DNA from: Chloroflexota bacterium
GTDB taxonomy: Bacteria; Chloroflexota; Dehalococcoidia; Lucifugimonadales; UBA3495
Direction: 5' to 3'
NCBI GenBank assembly: GCA_028874075.1
Contig: JAPPLU010000090.1
Span: 29,675 to 93,674, forward strand
Length of the DNA: 64,000 bases
How positions within the stretch are numbered: position 1 is the first letter of the stretch; every line of letters begins with the position of its first letter. Under the pieces are notes generated by a model that made no database searches, was not told the origin of the DNA, and saw nothing but the letters and a program-made list of their open reading frames with translations. Below, piece by piece: positions 29,959-39,527 of the stretch. The translations under genes and the position numbers were made by a program.

Positions 29959-30283
29959 TGACACCTGCCTCTCGATTCCCACGGTAACGCTTCCCTACCA
30001 TACTTGCATGGCCTGTAACAGGCATAACCATGGCAAGCTCAGGTGCCCCTCTCCTTCTGTTACAGGGGCCGGGGTGAGAGCGTACCCTTGGCTCAGGTCA
30101 GGACAACGGCCCAAAACGGCCCAAAACGGCCCAAAACGGCCCGGAATGGCCCACTCGATCTGCCTCTTTCCTATCTGGCCGGTGGCCCGAAAATGGACCA
30201 CCGGGGCGTCATCTGGCCTCCACTTCAGATACGAAGCGGTCCAAAATGGACCAGAATGGCACAGAAATACAGAAATTTATCCT
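29959..30283 (+). repeat. ~320-bp dispersed repeat, copy B (5 x 10-bp units at 30105-30154)
   Basis: Colinear with the reverse complement of 21847-22159; has one extra AACGGCCCAA unit. Confidence 0.85.
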
Positions 30284-30423
30284 TTTTGGAAGCCCCGAGG
30301 GCAGGCGGGACCCCATTGGCTGGCCGGCGGTTCCGGCCCTTCGGGAGGTGGTTGGAATTCCCTTTCCCTGGGAGCTTGTGGCGGACAGTCCCCACGGAAA
30401 TCACAACATGGCCCGGGGAAGTC

Positions 30424-30517
30424 CATCATTCCTCAGCAGGCCGAATCCGGTAAGGTCAAGGCGAAATGAAGACCGGATTCGGCCAAGTTTCTGCATGTCT
30501 GTTTTCGCCGGTATGAC
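30424..30517. repeat. REP-like element with a perfect 13-bp inverted repeat
   Basis: GGCCGAATCCGGT at 30439-30451 and ACCGGATTCGGCC at 30472-30484, flanked by TCATTCC and TTCGCCGGTATGAC. Confidence 0.55.
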
Positions 30518-30632
30518 CGGTTAAGTGGGTAAGGCGCTCCCCTCAACTCTGAACAGTTACGACACCGGCTTAATTGTTGGCGGGATATGGACTATGTGCT
30601 AGAATCGGTACAATTGAAAAGGAGGTGTCGAA

Positions 30633-31268
30633 ATGGCTGAAGCCGATTTCAAGACCTATTACGATTTTCGTTGACCCTACGTGTACAACGCTGCCATGTG
30701 GCTGGCGAAGGTACGCGAAACCACCGGACAGGAAGTAAACGTAGACTGGCAGCCCTTCTCTCTTGAACAGATTAACAGCGATAACAAGGGCGAAGAGATC
30801 AAGTTTTGGGAACAGCCCGGCGTCCTTGATGGCTCGGACAATACCTTACTGGCCCATCGTGCCGGACTGGCCGCCAAGCGGCAGGGTAAGGAAGCCTTTG
30901 AATCTTTCTTCATTGCCCTGCTTAAGTTGCGCCACGAAGAACGCCGCAGCCTGACCGAGTTGGAAGTGATGGAAGAGGCCGTTGCCAATTCAAGCGTCGA
31001 TATGGCCCGCTTCCGGGAAGACCTGGCAGACCCCGACCTGCTGCGGGAGATCGCGGAAAGCCACACCGAGGCCGTGGAAGTCCACGGGGCCTTTGGTGTG
31101 CCAACATACGTGTTCCCCAACGGCGGTACCGCGTTCGTCAAGATGCACATTCCCCCGGATGAACAGGCCGCCGAAATTTACGAGTCCGTCACAAGGGTAA
31201 TTACCGACGCTCAACACGTGGGCGAGGTCAAGCGCCCGTCCCCGCCGTGGCCGCACGGCATCATCTAG
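30633..31268 (+). CDS. DsbA-family protein, probable selenoprotein (in-frame TGA 30672-30674; DFR-U-PYV)
   Basis: AAGGAGG RBS then ATG 30633 gives MAEADFKTYYDFR*PYVYNAAMWL, continuing in frame into track ORF 30681 (WQPFSL, GAFGVPT). The TGA is at the DsbA DFxCP Cys. A hairpin follows at 30680-30717. Confidence 0.85.
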
Positions 31269-31285
31269 GTCTAGCGGGTACTGAG

Positions 31286-32233
31286 TTGTCCCTGGAAGAC
31301 CTGGAAGCCTCTCTAGGCATGACTTTCAGCGACCGGGGCCTGCTTCGACAGGCCCTGGTCCACCGTTCCTACTTGAACGAGCATGGCGGCTCCGCCTTGG
31401 ATTCCTACGAACGCATGGAGTTTCTTGGCGATGCCGTGCTTGAGTTGATTGTTTCCACCGAGCTTTACCAGAACCTGCCCCGGGTAGCCGAGGGAGAGTT
31501 GACCAAAGGCCGCTCTTCCCTGGTTTGCCGTGCCAGTCTCGCCCGTGCCGCCCGTCGCCTCTCGCTGGGCAAGCATCTTTCACTGGGCAAAGGCGAGATG
31601 GAGTCGGGAGGTCATAACCGGGAGTCCATTCTCGAAGAGACCTTTGAGGCCCTGGTCGCGGCCATCTATTTGGATCAGGGGTACGATGCGGCTCGCCGCT
31701 TTGTTCTCAGGGCTCTTGAACCTGACTTTGACAGCATTTGGACCCTGGGCCGGGCTGTGGATAACCCCAAATCCCGCCTGCAGGAACTGATTCAGGGCAT
31801 GGGCAAGCCCACTCCCCATTACCAACTGGTCTCGTCTGAGGGCCCCGACCACCAACCTGTCTTCACTGTTGAGGTGCTGGTTGGGGACGAAGTGTTGGGG
31901 CAAGGGGCCGGCAATCGTAAGACCGACGCGGAACGGGCGGCCGCCCAGGTTGCCCTGGACCGGAATGCCGTTACCTCAGCTCGTAAGTCCAGCAACGAAC
32001 TCTCTGCTCAGGCTGCATCTCTGCCCAATGTATCAGCTCACTCCGACAAATTTGAAGACTCCCCAAAAGGCAACCTATGCTCTCTTTCTTCCAGAGAAAC
32101 CGGGAAAGCAACAAGCAAAAGACCGATGAAGGCGTTAAACGAAGCCGTGAGCGCTGGTTCGGCCGCATCCTTGACGTTCTTCGCTCCTCTAACCTGGATG
32201 AAGCGGTTTGGGAAGAACTTGAAGAAATCCTGA
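31286..32233 (+). CDS. rnc: Ribonuclease III (with a C-terminal extension overlapping ftsY)
   Basis: ALVHRSY, ERMEFLGDAVLEL and dsRBD NPKSRLQE...GPDH..F..AERAAA. Confidence 0.93.
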   Translation: MSLEDLEASLGMTFSDRGLLRQALVHRSYLNEHGGSALDSYERMEFLGDAVLELIVSTELYQNLPRVAEGELTKGRSSLVCRASLARAARRLSLGKHLSLGKGEMESGGHNRESILEETFEALVAAIYLDQGYDAARRFVLRALEPDFDSIWTLGRAVDNPKSRLQELIQGMGKPTPHYQLVSSEGPDHQPVFTVEVLVGDEVLGQGAGNRKTDAERAAAQVALDRNAVTSARKSSNELSAQAASLPNVSAHSDKFEDSPKGNLCSLSSRETGKATSKRPMKALNEAVSAGSAASLTFFAPLTWMKRFGKNLKKS

Positions 32234-33033
32234 TCTCCGCCGACGTAGGTGTCGACTCGGCCCTGCGCATCATCGAAGAGTTGAGGGAAAAGGTTCGGAA
32301 CGAGGGCATTTCGGACGCCGACTCCGCCTTCAACCTTCTCAAGGAAACCCTGTCCCATGAACTGGCTCGCGGAGAGGCCCCCGAAACCTGGTCTGAGGGT
32401 GCTGCCGGAACGGGGCCCTACGTGATACTTATGGTCGGCGTTAACGGCGTGGGCAAGACCACCAGCATTGCCAAATTGGCCTATCACCTTACCCGGGAAG
32501 GAAAGAAAGTCGTTCTCGGCGCCGCAGACACCTTCCGTGCCGCCGCCGAGGAACAGCTGGAAATCCTTGGTGACCGGGTGGGCGTAGAGGTAATCAGCCA
32601 CCAGTCCGGTGCCGACCCCGGCGCCGTGGCTTATGACGCCTACCACGCCAGCAAGGCCCGAGGCGCAGACGTGCTGATTGTGGATACGGCGGGGCGGCTT
32701 CATACACGCACCAATTTGATGGAAGAATTGAAAAAGGTCCACCGAGTTATACGCCGGCTGGATCCGAACGCCCCCCAGGAAGTCTTGCTGACCCTGGACG
32801 CGACGACCGGTTTGAACGGTCTGGCCCAGGCCAGGGCATTCACCGAGGCGGTCGGCTGCACCGGCATTTTTCTGGCAAAGCTGGACGGCACGGCTCGAGG
32901 CGGCATAGCCCTTGCCATCAAGCAGGAATTGAACGTACCCATTCTCTTCATTGGCACCGGAGAATCCCTGGAAGACATTGCCCCCTTTGATGCCGAAGAT
33001 TTCGTGGAATCTCTTCTCGCCCCGGTTTCTTAA
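32077..33033 (+). CDS. ftsY: Signal recognition particle receptor
   Basis: [21 protein letters not shown] and KLDGTARGG motifs. Confidence 0.96.
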   Translation: MLSFFQRNRESNKQKTDEGVKRSRERWFGRILDVLRSSNLDEAVWEELEEILISADVGVDSALRIIEELREKVRNEGISDADSAFNLLKETLSHELARGEAPETWSEGAAGTGPYVILMVGVNGVGKTTSIAKLAYHLTREGKKVVLGAADTFRAAAEEQLEILGDRVGVEVISHQSGADPGAVAYDAYHASKARGADVLIVDTAGRLHTRTNLMEELKKVHRVIRRLDPNAPQEVLLTLDATTGLNGLAQARAFTEAVGCTGIFLAKLDGTARGGIALAIKQELNVPILFIGTGESLEDIAPFDAEDFVESLLAPVS

Positions 33034-33154
33034 CGGGGGGCCTATCCCCCTGCTTAACGGCGGCCCTTGATGGACGTGTTCCTCTCAATCTCTCTTCCTC
33101 AATCCAGAGGTGTCGGACCCGTAAACACATTCCTTTGTTCTACCGGGGCCTACC

Positions 33155-35572
33155 GTGTCTGATCCGTTGGCCTGGCTGCTACTGGTTTACCTAATGGGAT
33201 TGCTGGGTTTCCCACTGTCCTTCCTTCTCTTTGGACGGCTGGCAGACCGGGGATACGCCTTTTCGAAACCACTGGCGCTGCTCCTAGCGGCATATATACT
33301 CTGGGTCCTGGGCCTGACCGGCTCGGTATTGAACGTACCTCAGACGGTTGCGGGTATCCTTGTTGCCGGTATAGTTTTTTTCGGCTGGCTTTACTACCGA
33401 CGTTGGACCGAACTGGAAGCCTTTCTGCGAGCACAGTGGCGCTACATCCTGATAGTTGAAGGCCTGTTCCTATTCTCCTTCCTGGCCTGGCTATACATCG
33501 TTTCTGAAGTTCCTGGCATAAACCATACCGAAAAGCCAATGGACTTCGCCTTCCTTACCAGTATCCTGCAAAGCGCAACATTCCCCCCCTCCGACCCTTG
33601 GCTTTCGGGCCATTCCATCAGCTACTACTACTTCGGCCATTTCATCATGGCTCTACCCATGAAACTGGCGGGAATCACCTCCAACGTGGGCTATAACCTG
33701 GCCTTGGCCACACTGCCTGCTCTGGTGGTGGTGGCCGCATTGGGACTCACTTACAACCTGGTGCGGCATACTGGCGGCAGCTTCCGGTCCGGCATTCTGG
33801 CCGGCCTGCTGGCGTCCCTTCTCATAGCCGTCATGGGCAATCTGGAAGGCCTCCTCGAGTTCATTCAGGTGCGGGGTTGGGGCGGAGATGGATTCTGGCA
33901 ATGGGCAGGGATAAAGGACCTGAATGGGACTACCGGAGCCGGTTTATTTCGGGACACCAACTGGTGGTGGTGGCGGGCCACCCGAGTCATTGACACCGTG
34001 CGGGACGGGGTCAGCCTGGACTACACGATCACTGAGTTCCCCTTCTTCAGTTTTCTGCTGGGCGACTTGCACTCCCACGTCCTGGCCCTGCCTTTCGTCC
34101 TGCTGACCCTGGCCCTGGCTTTGAACCTGTACCGCTCCACTGAACCCATCGGTATACGCTGGATCCTCCGACACCCATGGCAATCGCTGGCTATGTCCCT
34201 TTGTTTTGGAGCACTGGCCTTCATAAACTCCTGGGACTTTCCAGTCTACGCCGCCATCCTGGCAGCCGTAACCCTGTCCAGGGCCTGGGGAGACCAATGC
34301 GCCCTCCAGCCCGTAGACACAATTCAGGCAGTTGCCCCGCAATCAATAGCCGCGGGTATAGCCGCCCTGCGACGTGCATTTGCGCATTCAGTCCTGTTTC
34401 TCGTTCCGATCCTTGCCGTGTCGGTTTTCCTCTTCCTGCCTTTCTACATTGACCTGACCTCCCAGGTCTCAGGCATCCTGCCCTACTTGGGGCCTTCAAC
34501 TCGTCCCCTTCACTTCGCACTGGTCATAGGCCTTCCCGCCCTACTCGGCATAACCTTCCTGTGGCTTCAAACCAGGCGTATGTTACGCCCACTGCCCTTC
34601 CATGCCCCGGTCATTGTGATGATCGTGATTGTGGGAGCGGCGCCCTTAATTCTGTGGCTTATTCTTGCCTGCACCTGGGGTGTTCTAACCCAGGGGTTGG
34701 AGGGCCTGCCGTCGATGCTGGCAATTCGTACAGTTACCGTCCTCCCAGTACTGGCTGTGGCCGGGTTTGCCGGGTACCTTGCCTTCCACCGGTTGACCAA
34801 TGAAGGCAACAACACCGCGGCGTTTCCTCTGCTACTGCTGGCCGGCGCCTTCTACCTCCTGGCCGGGGCGGAACTCTTCCACCTCGCCGATTTCTTTGGG
34901 AATCGGATGAACACGGTCTTCAAGGTCTACTACCAGGCTTGGCTACTCCTCGGCATCGTGGGCGCCTATGGTATTTATTGCTGGTTGGCCGAAGTGAAGA
35001 CTCTGAACTGGAACCGAATTTTGGTTCGGACAGCCTGGACCGGTGTCCTGGCCGTCCTCTTATGTGCCGCCCTTTACTACCCGGCGGGGGCCATCCTCGA
35101 CCGTACCGGTCTGTTTCGCGAGGGCCACAGTTTTCAGGACAACACTCTTGACGGCCTGGCGTACATCCAGGGCCAATCCCGAGGCGAGTACGCTGCCATT
35201 GCCTGGCTGCGCGACGAGGCGGCGCCCGGTAATTTAGTTGAAGCCGTCGGTGGCGATTACTCTGAATACGGCAGAATATCCGCAGCCACCGGTCGGCCCG
35301 CGGTCCTGGGCTGGAAGGGTCACGAACACCAGTGGCGCGGCACCACCCAGATATTCAACGGACGCGAGGAGGACATCGCCCAGATTTACCAGTCCACCAA
35401 CTCCACTGTTGTACGGCAACTTCTTGACCGTTATGATGTCCGCTACGTTTACTTTGGCCACCGCGAGCGGGCCAAGTACGGCATCGACCGTTTTCCCGCC
35501 GCCGAGGGATCACTTGAAACCGCCTTCTCCAGGGACGACGTAATTGTCTATCAAAGATTCGCGGGTCCCTGA
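33155..35572 (+). CDS. DUF2298 / Chlor_Arch_YYY polytopic membrane protein
   Basis: TEKPMDFAF, DPWLSGHSISYYYFG, ITEFPFFSFLLGDLH, RMNTVFKVYYQ and GWKGHEHQWRG motifs. Confidence 0.88.
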   Translation: MSDPLAWLLLVYLMGLLGFPLSFLLFGRLADRGYAFSKPLALLLAAYILWVLGLTGSVLNVPQTVAGILVAGIVFFGWLYYRRWTELEAFLRAQWRYILIVEGLFLFSFLAWLYIVSEVPGINHTEKPMDFAFLTSILQSATFPPSDPWLSGHSISYYYFGHFIMALPMKLAGITSNVGYNLALATLPALVVVAALGLTYNLVRHTGGSFRSGILAGLLASLLIAVMGNLEGLLEFIQVRGWGGDGFWQWAGIKDLNGTTGAGLFRDTNWWWWRATRVIDTVRDGVSLDYTITEFPFFSFLLGDLHSHVLALPFVLLTLALALNLYRSTEPIGIRWILRHPWQSLAMSLCFGALAFINSWDFPVYAAILAAVTLSRAWGDQCALQPVDTIQAVAPQSIAAGIAALRRAFAHSVLFLVPILAVSVFLFLPFYIDLTSQVSGILPYLGPSTRPLHFALVIGLPALLGITFLWLQTRRMLRPLPFHAPVIVMIVIVGAAPLILWLILACTWGVLTQGLEGLPSMLAIRTVTVLPVLAVAGFAGYLAFHRLTNEGNNTAAFPLLLLAGAFYLLAGAELFHLADFFGNRMNTVFKVYYQAWLLLGIVGAYGIYCWLAEVKTLNWNRILVRTAWTGVLAVLLCAALYYPAGAILDRTGLFREGHSFQDNTLDGLAYIQGQSRGEYAAIAWLRDEAAPGNLVEAVGGDYSEYGRISAATGRPAVLGWKGHEHQWRGTTQIFNGREEDIAQIYQSTNSTVVRQLLDRYDVRYVYFGHRERAKYGIDRFPAAEGSLETAFSRDDVIVYQRFAGP

Positions 35573-35582
35573 ACCAGCGGAA

Positions 35583-38399
35583 ATGACTACGCCCAACGAG
35601 ACTCACCATACCGGCCAGCAAACCGACAGACCTTCCTTCGGCCAATCCTGGCTGGGGCGGAGCGTCCTTTTCCTTGGCGCTACCATGGAAGGCAGGTACA
35701 TATCGGGCTTTATTGCTATAGCCATTGGGGCCCTGGCCCTGCGCCTGTGGGAACTGACCGGGCGCACCATGCACTATGACGAAGCAATCCACCTTTATTA
35801 TTCCTGGCGTCTAGCCAACCTTGAGGGCTTCGTCCACTCCCCCTGGATGCACGGCCCCTTCCAGATTGAACTGGTAGCGCTGTTTCTTCGTCTTTTTGGC
35901 GACACCGATTTCGCCGCCAGGCTGGCATACGCCCTCTTCGGGACAGTTCTGGTGATCCTCCCTTTCTTTCTACGGGACTACCTGGGCCGGACCGGGGCAA
36001 TGCTCACCGGAGTGATGCTGGCCATCTCCCCTTCCCTTCTGTATTTCAGCCGGTTTGGCCGCAACGACATTATCATGGCAGTTCTGACCGTTGCTCTTTT
36101 TGCCCTGTTGTGGCGATACACCTGCAATCCCAGGAACCTTTACCTGTACATTGCTTCGGCCGTGCTGGCCGTCGCCTTCGCCACAAAGGAAACGGCCTAC
36201 ATCATCTCGGCCATGTTCGGGGCCCTGGCTCTTTTGTTAGCCATCCCCTATTCGGATCTGGCCGCTTCCCTATCCAAACGGTTACGAAAAGAACCGAACC
36301 TAGTGCTAACCGACTTGCCGGCAGACACCGTCAGCCAATCGACCGAATCGGAGCCCACCGCCGAACACTTCCCGAGGGAACGCGCCTCGCGTTTCTTGAG
36401 AAAGCTGGACCTGTCGCGCCTCAATCCCGCCGGTGGATTCCTTCTCTTGCTGATCACCTTGACTCTGCCCCTCTGGTCAGCCGTCGTCGAACTGACACGC
36501 GAAATCGGCGCCGCGTTAACAGGCAAATTGGGATGGGCCAAGGCGCAGGAAACCCTGGAAAGTGGATTCGGGCTGACACTGGTGGGACGGGAGGGCATCA
36601 CCCAGGGCATTGTAGGCGCGCCCCTTTGGGAAGCCCCCTTCGTACAATTGCCCCTGCCCGCCCCGGCTGGTTGGATCTTCGGCATCCTGGGGTTGGCGCT
36701 GATTGCCGCCTGTGGTCTCGTTGGCTGGCGACTGGGTACGACGAGAGTCGGCAAGATCAGTGGAGTTGTCATCCCATTCGGCGCATCTTACGTTGCCGGC
36801 TTTGCCCTGCTGCGCCCTACCGAGTCGGGACTGGATATCCTCCTCAGCATCATGATGGCAGCGATATGCGTGGTAGGCTTCGTGCTCTTTCGAGCCCCGT
36901 GGCGACATAGTTTCTTCTTGATCTTCGTGCCCTTCGTAGTCACCCTGACCTTTTTCGCCCTGTTTCTGCCTGTAATAGAAATAAGCAGGCTTCTGCCCGG
37001 TATCCTGCCCGAAGGTGTGGAAGTCGCCAGCGGCGGCAACAGCGTACCGCTGAATTTCCTCGTAGCCGGTGGAATCCTAATGGCGATGCGGGTCATTTCC
37101 CTGGCATTGGGATTACTGTGGAAGGGTGGAGTGTGGCTGGCCTGCGCCGTTATTTTCGGTACAGTCTGGGTAGTTCTCTATACTACCTTCTTCACCAACC
37201 TGGCCGGAATATTCAGCGGGTCCTGGCAGGGCATGGGCTACTGGATAGCTCAGCAGGAGGTAGCACGGGGCAACCAGCCCTGGTACTACTATTTCGTGGG
37301 AATGTCAGTGTACGAATTCCTCCCCCTGGTATTCGGTACCATCGCTGCAGTCATTTTCCTTGTGCGCCGCGACCCCTTCGGGATGGCACTGGCATTCTGG
37401 ACTTTTGTGAATCTCCTCGCCTACACCATAGCCAGCGAGAAAATGCCCTGGCTCCTGGTGAACATCACCGTTCCTTTCATCTTCCTGGCCGGGAAACTCT
37501 CTGGAGAACTTGTGGAGCGGGTCCGGTGGCACGAGGCGCTGGAAGAGAGCCAGCGCCTTCCCTCCCTGTTGCTTCTCGCCATTCCTGCCTTCGTTATGGC
37601 AGCCGGCGGCTATGTTGCCCTCAGACTTACAGGCAATTCAGACTCTTCCATTTACCCAGCGGTCTTCCTTATCGCAATTCTGCTGGCGCTGGCCCTGTTC
37701 GCTGCATGGCTGGTCCGGCAGTCCGGACCCGGCAACGGCACAGCACTGGTCTCACTGGGTTTCGCGGGCTTTCTTGCTGTCGCCACATCATGGGTGGCAG
37801 TCCAGGCCGCTTACACTTATGACGACTCACGGCCCGAAATCCTGGTATATGCCCAGGGAAGTTACGACCTTAGGCAGAGCCTTACCGAACTGGACTCCCA
37901 ATTCTTCCAGGACCCGGATTCGACCCTCCTTTCCGAGCCAGTGCGCGTTGACTACGATGCCTGGTACCCTCTCCAGTGGTACGTGCGGCAGGTCGACCAG
38001 GAGGGTCAACTCCAGTTCACCTGCTTTAAGGATGAGGACGGCGAGGGAGGCTGCAACACTCCTCAGGAAGGCCCCGAAGGTTCAGCCTTCCTGGTGGCTT
38101 CCCATAACCGGCCCTCTTCCCCGGGCGCAATGCGAGGATTTGACGAACTGGAAACCCGCAGGAATCTGCTGTGGTTCCCTGAGACATACCGCAGGCCCGG
38201 CGAAGACCGCCAGAACGAAGAGACCGTAGAGGAAGTCCTGGCAGACCTGGAATACTTCCGCGAAGCCGCCTCCGATAAGGACAAGTGGCGTCAGGCGCTG
38301 GACTACCTGTTTACCCGAGGTTTGGAGTCCGATTGGTTCAAATCGGAGTATTATACTTACGTACGGCAAGACTCTTCTGCTACAGGTGGACTTCAGTAA
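35583..38399 (+). CDS. TIGR03663/Agl23-like GT-C-type membrane glycosyltransferase
   Basis: HYDEAIH, HGPFQ, SPSLLYFSRFGRNDI, TKE, QPWYYY, EKMPWL and LVYAQ motifs; start uncertain (35544 or 35583). Confidence 0.8.
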   Translation: MTTPNETHHTGQQTDRPSFGQSWLGRSVLFLGATMEGRYISGFIAIAIGALALRLWELTGRTMHYDEAIHLYYSWRLANLEGFVHSPWMHGPFQIELVALFLRLFGDTDFAARLAYALFGTVLVILPFFLRDYLGRTGAMLTGVMLAISPSLLYFSRFGRNDIIMAVLTVALFALLWRYTCNPRNLYLYIASAVLAVAFATKETAYIISAMFGALALLLAIPYSDLAASLSKRLRKEPNLVLTDLPADTVSQSTESEPTAEHFPRERASRFLRKLDLSRLNPAGGFLLLLITLTLPLWSAVVELTREIGAALTGKLGWAKAQETLESGFGLTLVGREGITQGIVGAPLWEAPFVQLPLPAPAGWIFGILGLALIAACGLVGWRLGTTRVGKISGVVIPFGASYVAGFALLRPTESGLDILLSIMMAAICVVGFVLFRAPWRHSFFLIFVPFVVTLTFFALFLPVIEISRLLPGILPEGVEVASGGNSVPLNFLVAGGILMAMRVISLALGLLWKGGVWLACAVIFGTVWVVLYTTFFTNLAGIFSGSWQGMGYWIAQQEVARGNQPWYYYFVGMSVYEFLPLVFGTIAAVIFLVRRDPFGMALAFWTFVNLLAYTIASEKMPWLLVNITVPFIFLAGKLSGELVERVRWHEALEESQRLPSLLLLAIPAFVMAAGGYVALRLTGNSDSSIYPAVFLIAILLALALFAAWLVRQSGPGNGTALVSLGFAGFLAVATSWVAVQAAYTYDDSRPEILVYAQGSYDLRQSLTELDSQFFQDPDSTLLSEPVRVDYDAWYPLQWYVRQVDQEGQLQFTCFKDEDGEGGCNTPQEGPEGSAFLVASHNRPSSPGAMRGFDELETRRNLLWFPETYRRPGEDRQNEETVEEVLADLEYFREAASDKDKWRQALDYLFTRGLESDWFKSEYYTYVRQDSSATGGLQ

Positions 38400-38435
38400 G
38401 CCAGGGCAGGGTTATCAGTTGAGGGGACGAATTAG

Positions 38436-39527
38436 TTGAACTTTAGAAACTGGCGGCTTTGGCTGGGCGTCGGCGTTAGCGCCGTTTTCCTGGTCTTTCT
38501 GGCCTGGACCATCGAGCTAGAGGACCTGGTGCGAGCTCTGAAGGAGGCCAATTATCTTTATCTGGTGCCTGCCGTCGCCATCTACTTTGTTGGCATCTAT
38601 TTTCGCGCCGCCCGGTGGAGATATATCCTGTCCCCTGTTCGCGAGGTGTCTGCCCTGCGGCTATACCCGGTGGTTGTGATGGGGTACGCCGCAAACAACG
38701 TGCTTCCTGCCAGGGCAGGGGAGTTGGTGCGAGCCTACTACATGGCCCAGCGAGAGAACTTTAGCGGCAGCGCTGCCCTCGCCACCATCGGAGTGGAACG
38801 CATTTACGACGGTCTTACCCTCTTCGTAATTACCGTATGTTCCACCCTGCTTCTGTTGGTGCTGGGCGCTTTTGGCGACGTGGGTGAGGTCTACCGCAAC
38901 ACCGGCATCGCCCTGGCCGTGGTCGCCGGAGTCATCCTACTGGCCGGGTTGGTAGTCATTACCGTCATTGCCACCAACTCTCATACTATGTCCGTCGTTG
39001 ACCGCATAATCGCGTTGCTGCCCGAGGGTGTCAGGCCCAGGCTCAGGAACCTGGCGTTCAACTTCATCCAGGGACTCAGCATCCTCAGCTCTCCCCGTCA
39101 GCATTGCGTAGTTTTCCTCCTTTCCCTGCCCGTCTGGATTGCCGAGGTTGCCGTCTACCTGACAGTGGCTTATTCCTTTGGATTGCAGGACCACCTGGGT
39201 TCCCACCTCAACCTGGCCCTGGCCATCGTGCTGGTAACTGCCACCTCCAATCTGACGACCGCCGTGCCCGTTACTATTGGCGGCATCGGCCCCTTTGAAC
39301 TCGTCGCCCAGCAGACTCTTGGTATCCTGGGGGTGGGTGGCGCAGTAGCTGCCAGTTATGCCTTGGTAGTACATCTAGTAGCCCTTTGGCTGCCCGTGAA
39401 TCTGGCGGGGCTGGCATTCATGTGGCGCGAGAACCTGTCCCTGTCCCAGATGGCATCCTCTCCCCGGGAGGATGCCGAAGCCGACGAGCAGGTCATCAAG
39501 AATCGGGGTGCTGGCCAATGCGGATAG
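38436..39527 (+). CDS. Lysylphosphatidylglycerol-synthase TM / flippase-like domain protein (UPF0104)
   Basis: RAARW, NNVLPARAGELVR, ERIYD and GGIGPFE motifs. Confidence 0.85.
   Translation: MNFRNWRLWLGVGVSAVFLVFLAWTIELEDLVRALKEANYLYLVPAVAIYFVGIYFRAARWRYILSPVREVSALRLYPVVVMGYAANNVLPARAGELVRAYYMAQRENFSGSAALATIGVERIYDGLTLFVITVCSTLLLLVLGAFGDVGEVYRNTGIALAVVAGVILLAGLVVITVIATNSHTMSVVDRIIALLPEGVRPRLRNLAFNFIQGLSILSSPRQHCVVFLLSLPVWIAEVAVYLTVAYSFGLQDHLGSHLNLALAIVLVTATSNLTTAVPVTIGGIGPFELVAQQTLGILGVGGAVAASYALVVHLVALWLPVNLAGLAFMWRENLSLSQMASSPREDAEADEQVIKNRGAGQCG

Noticed and set aside
30105-30154. Repeat array as a possible CRISPR
   Set aside because: Contiguous 10-bp tandem units with no spacers and no cas genes.
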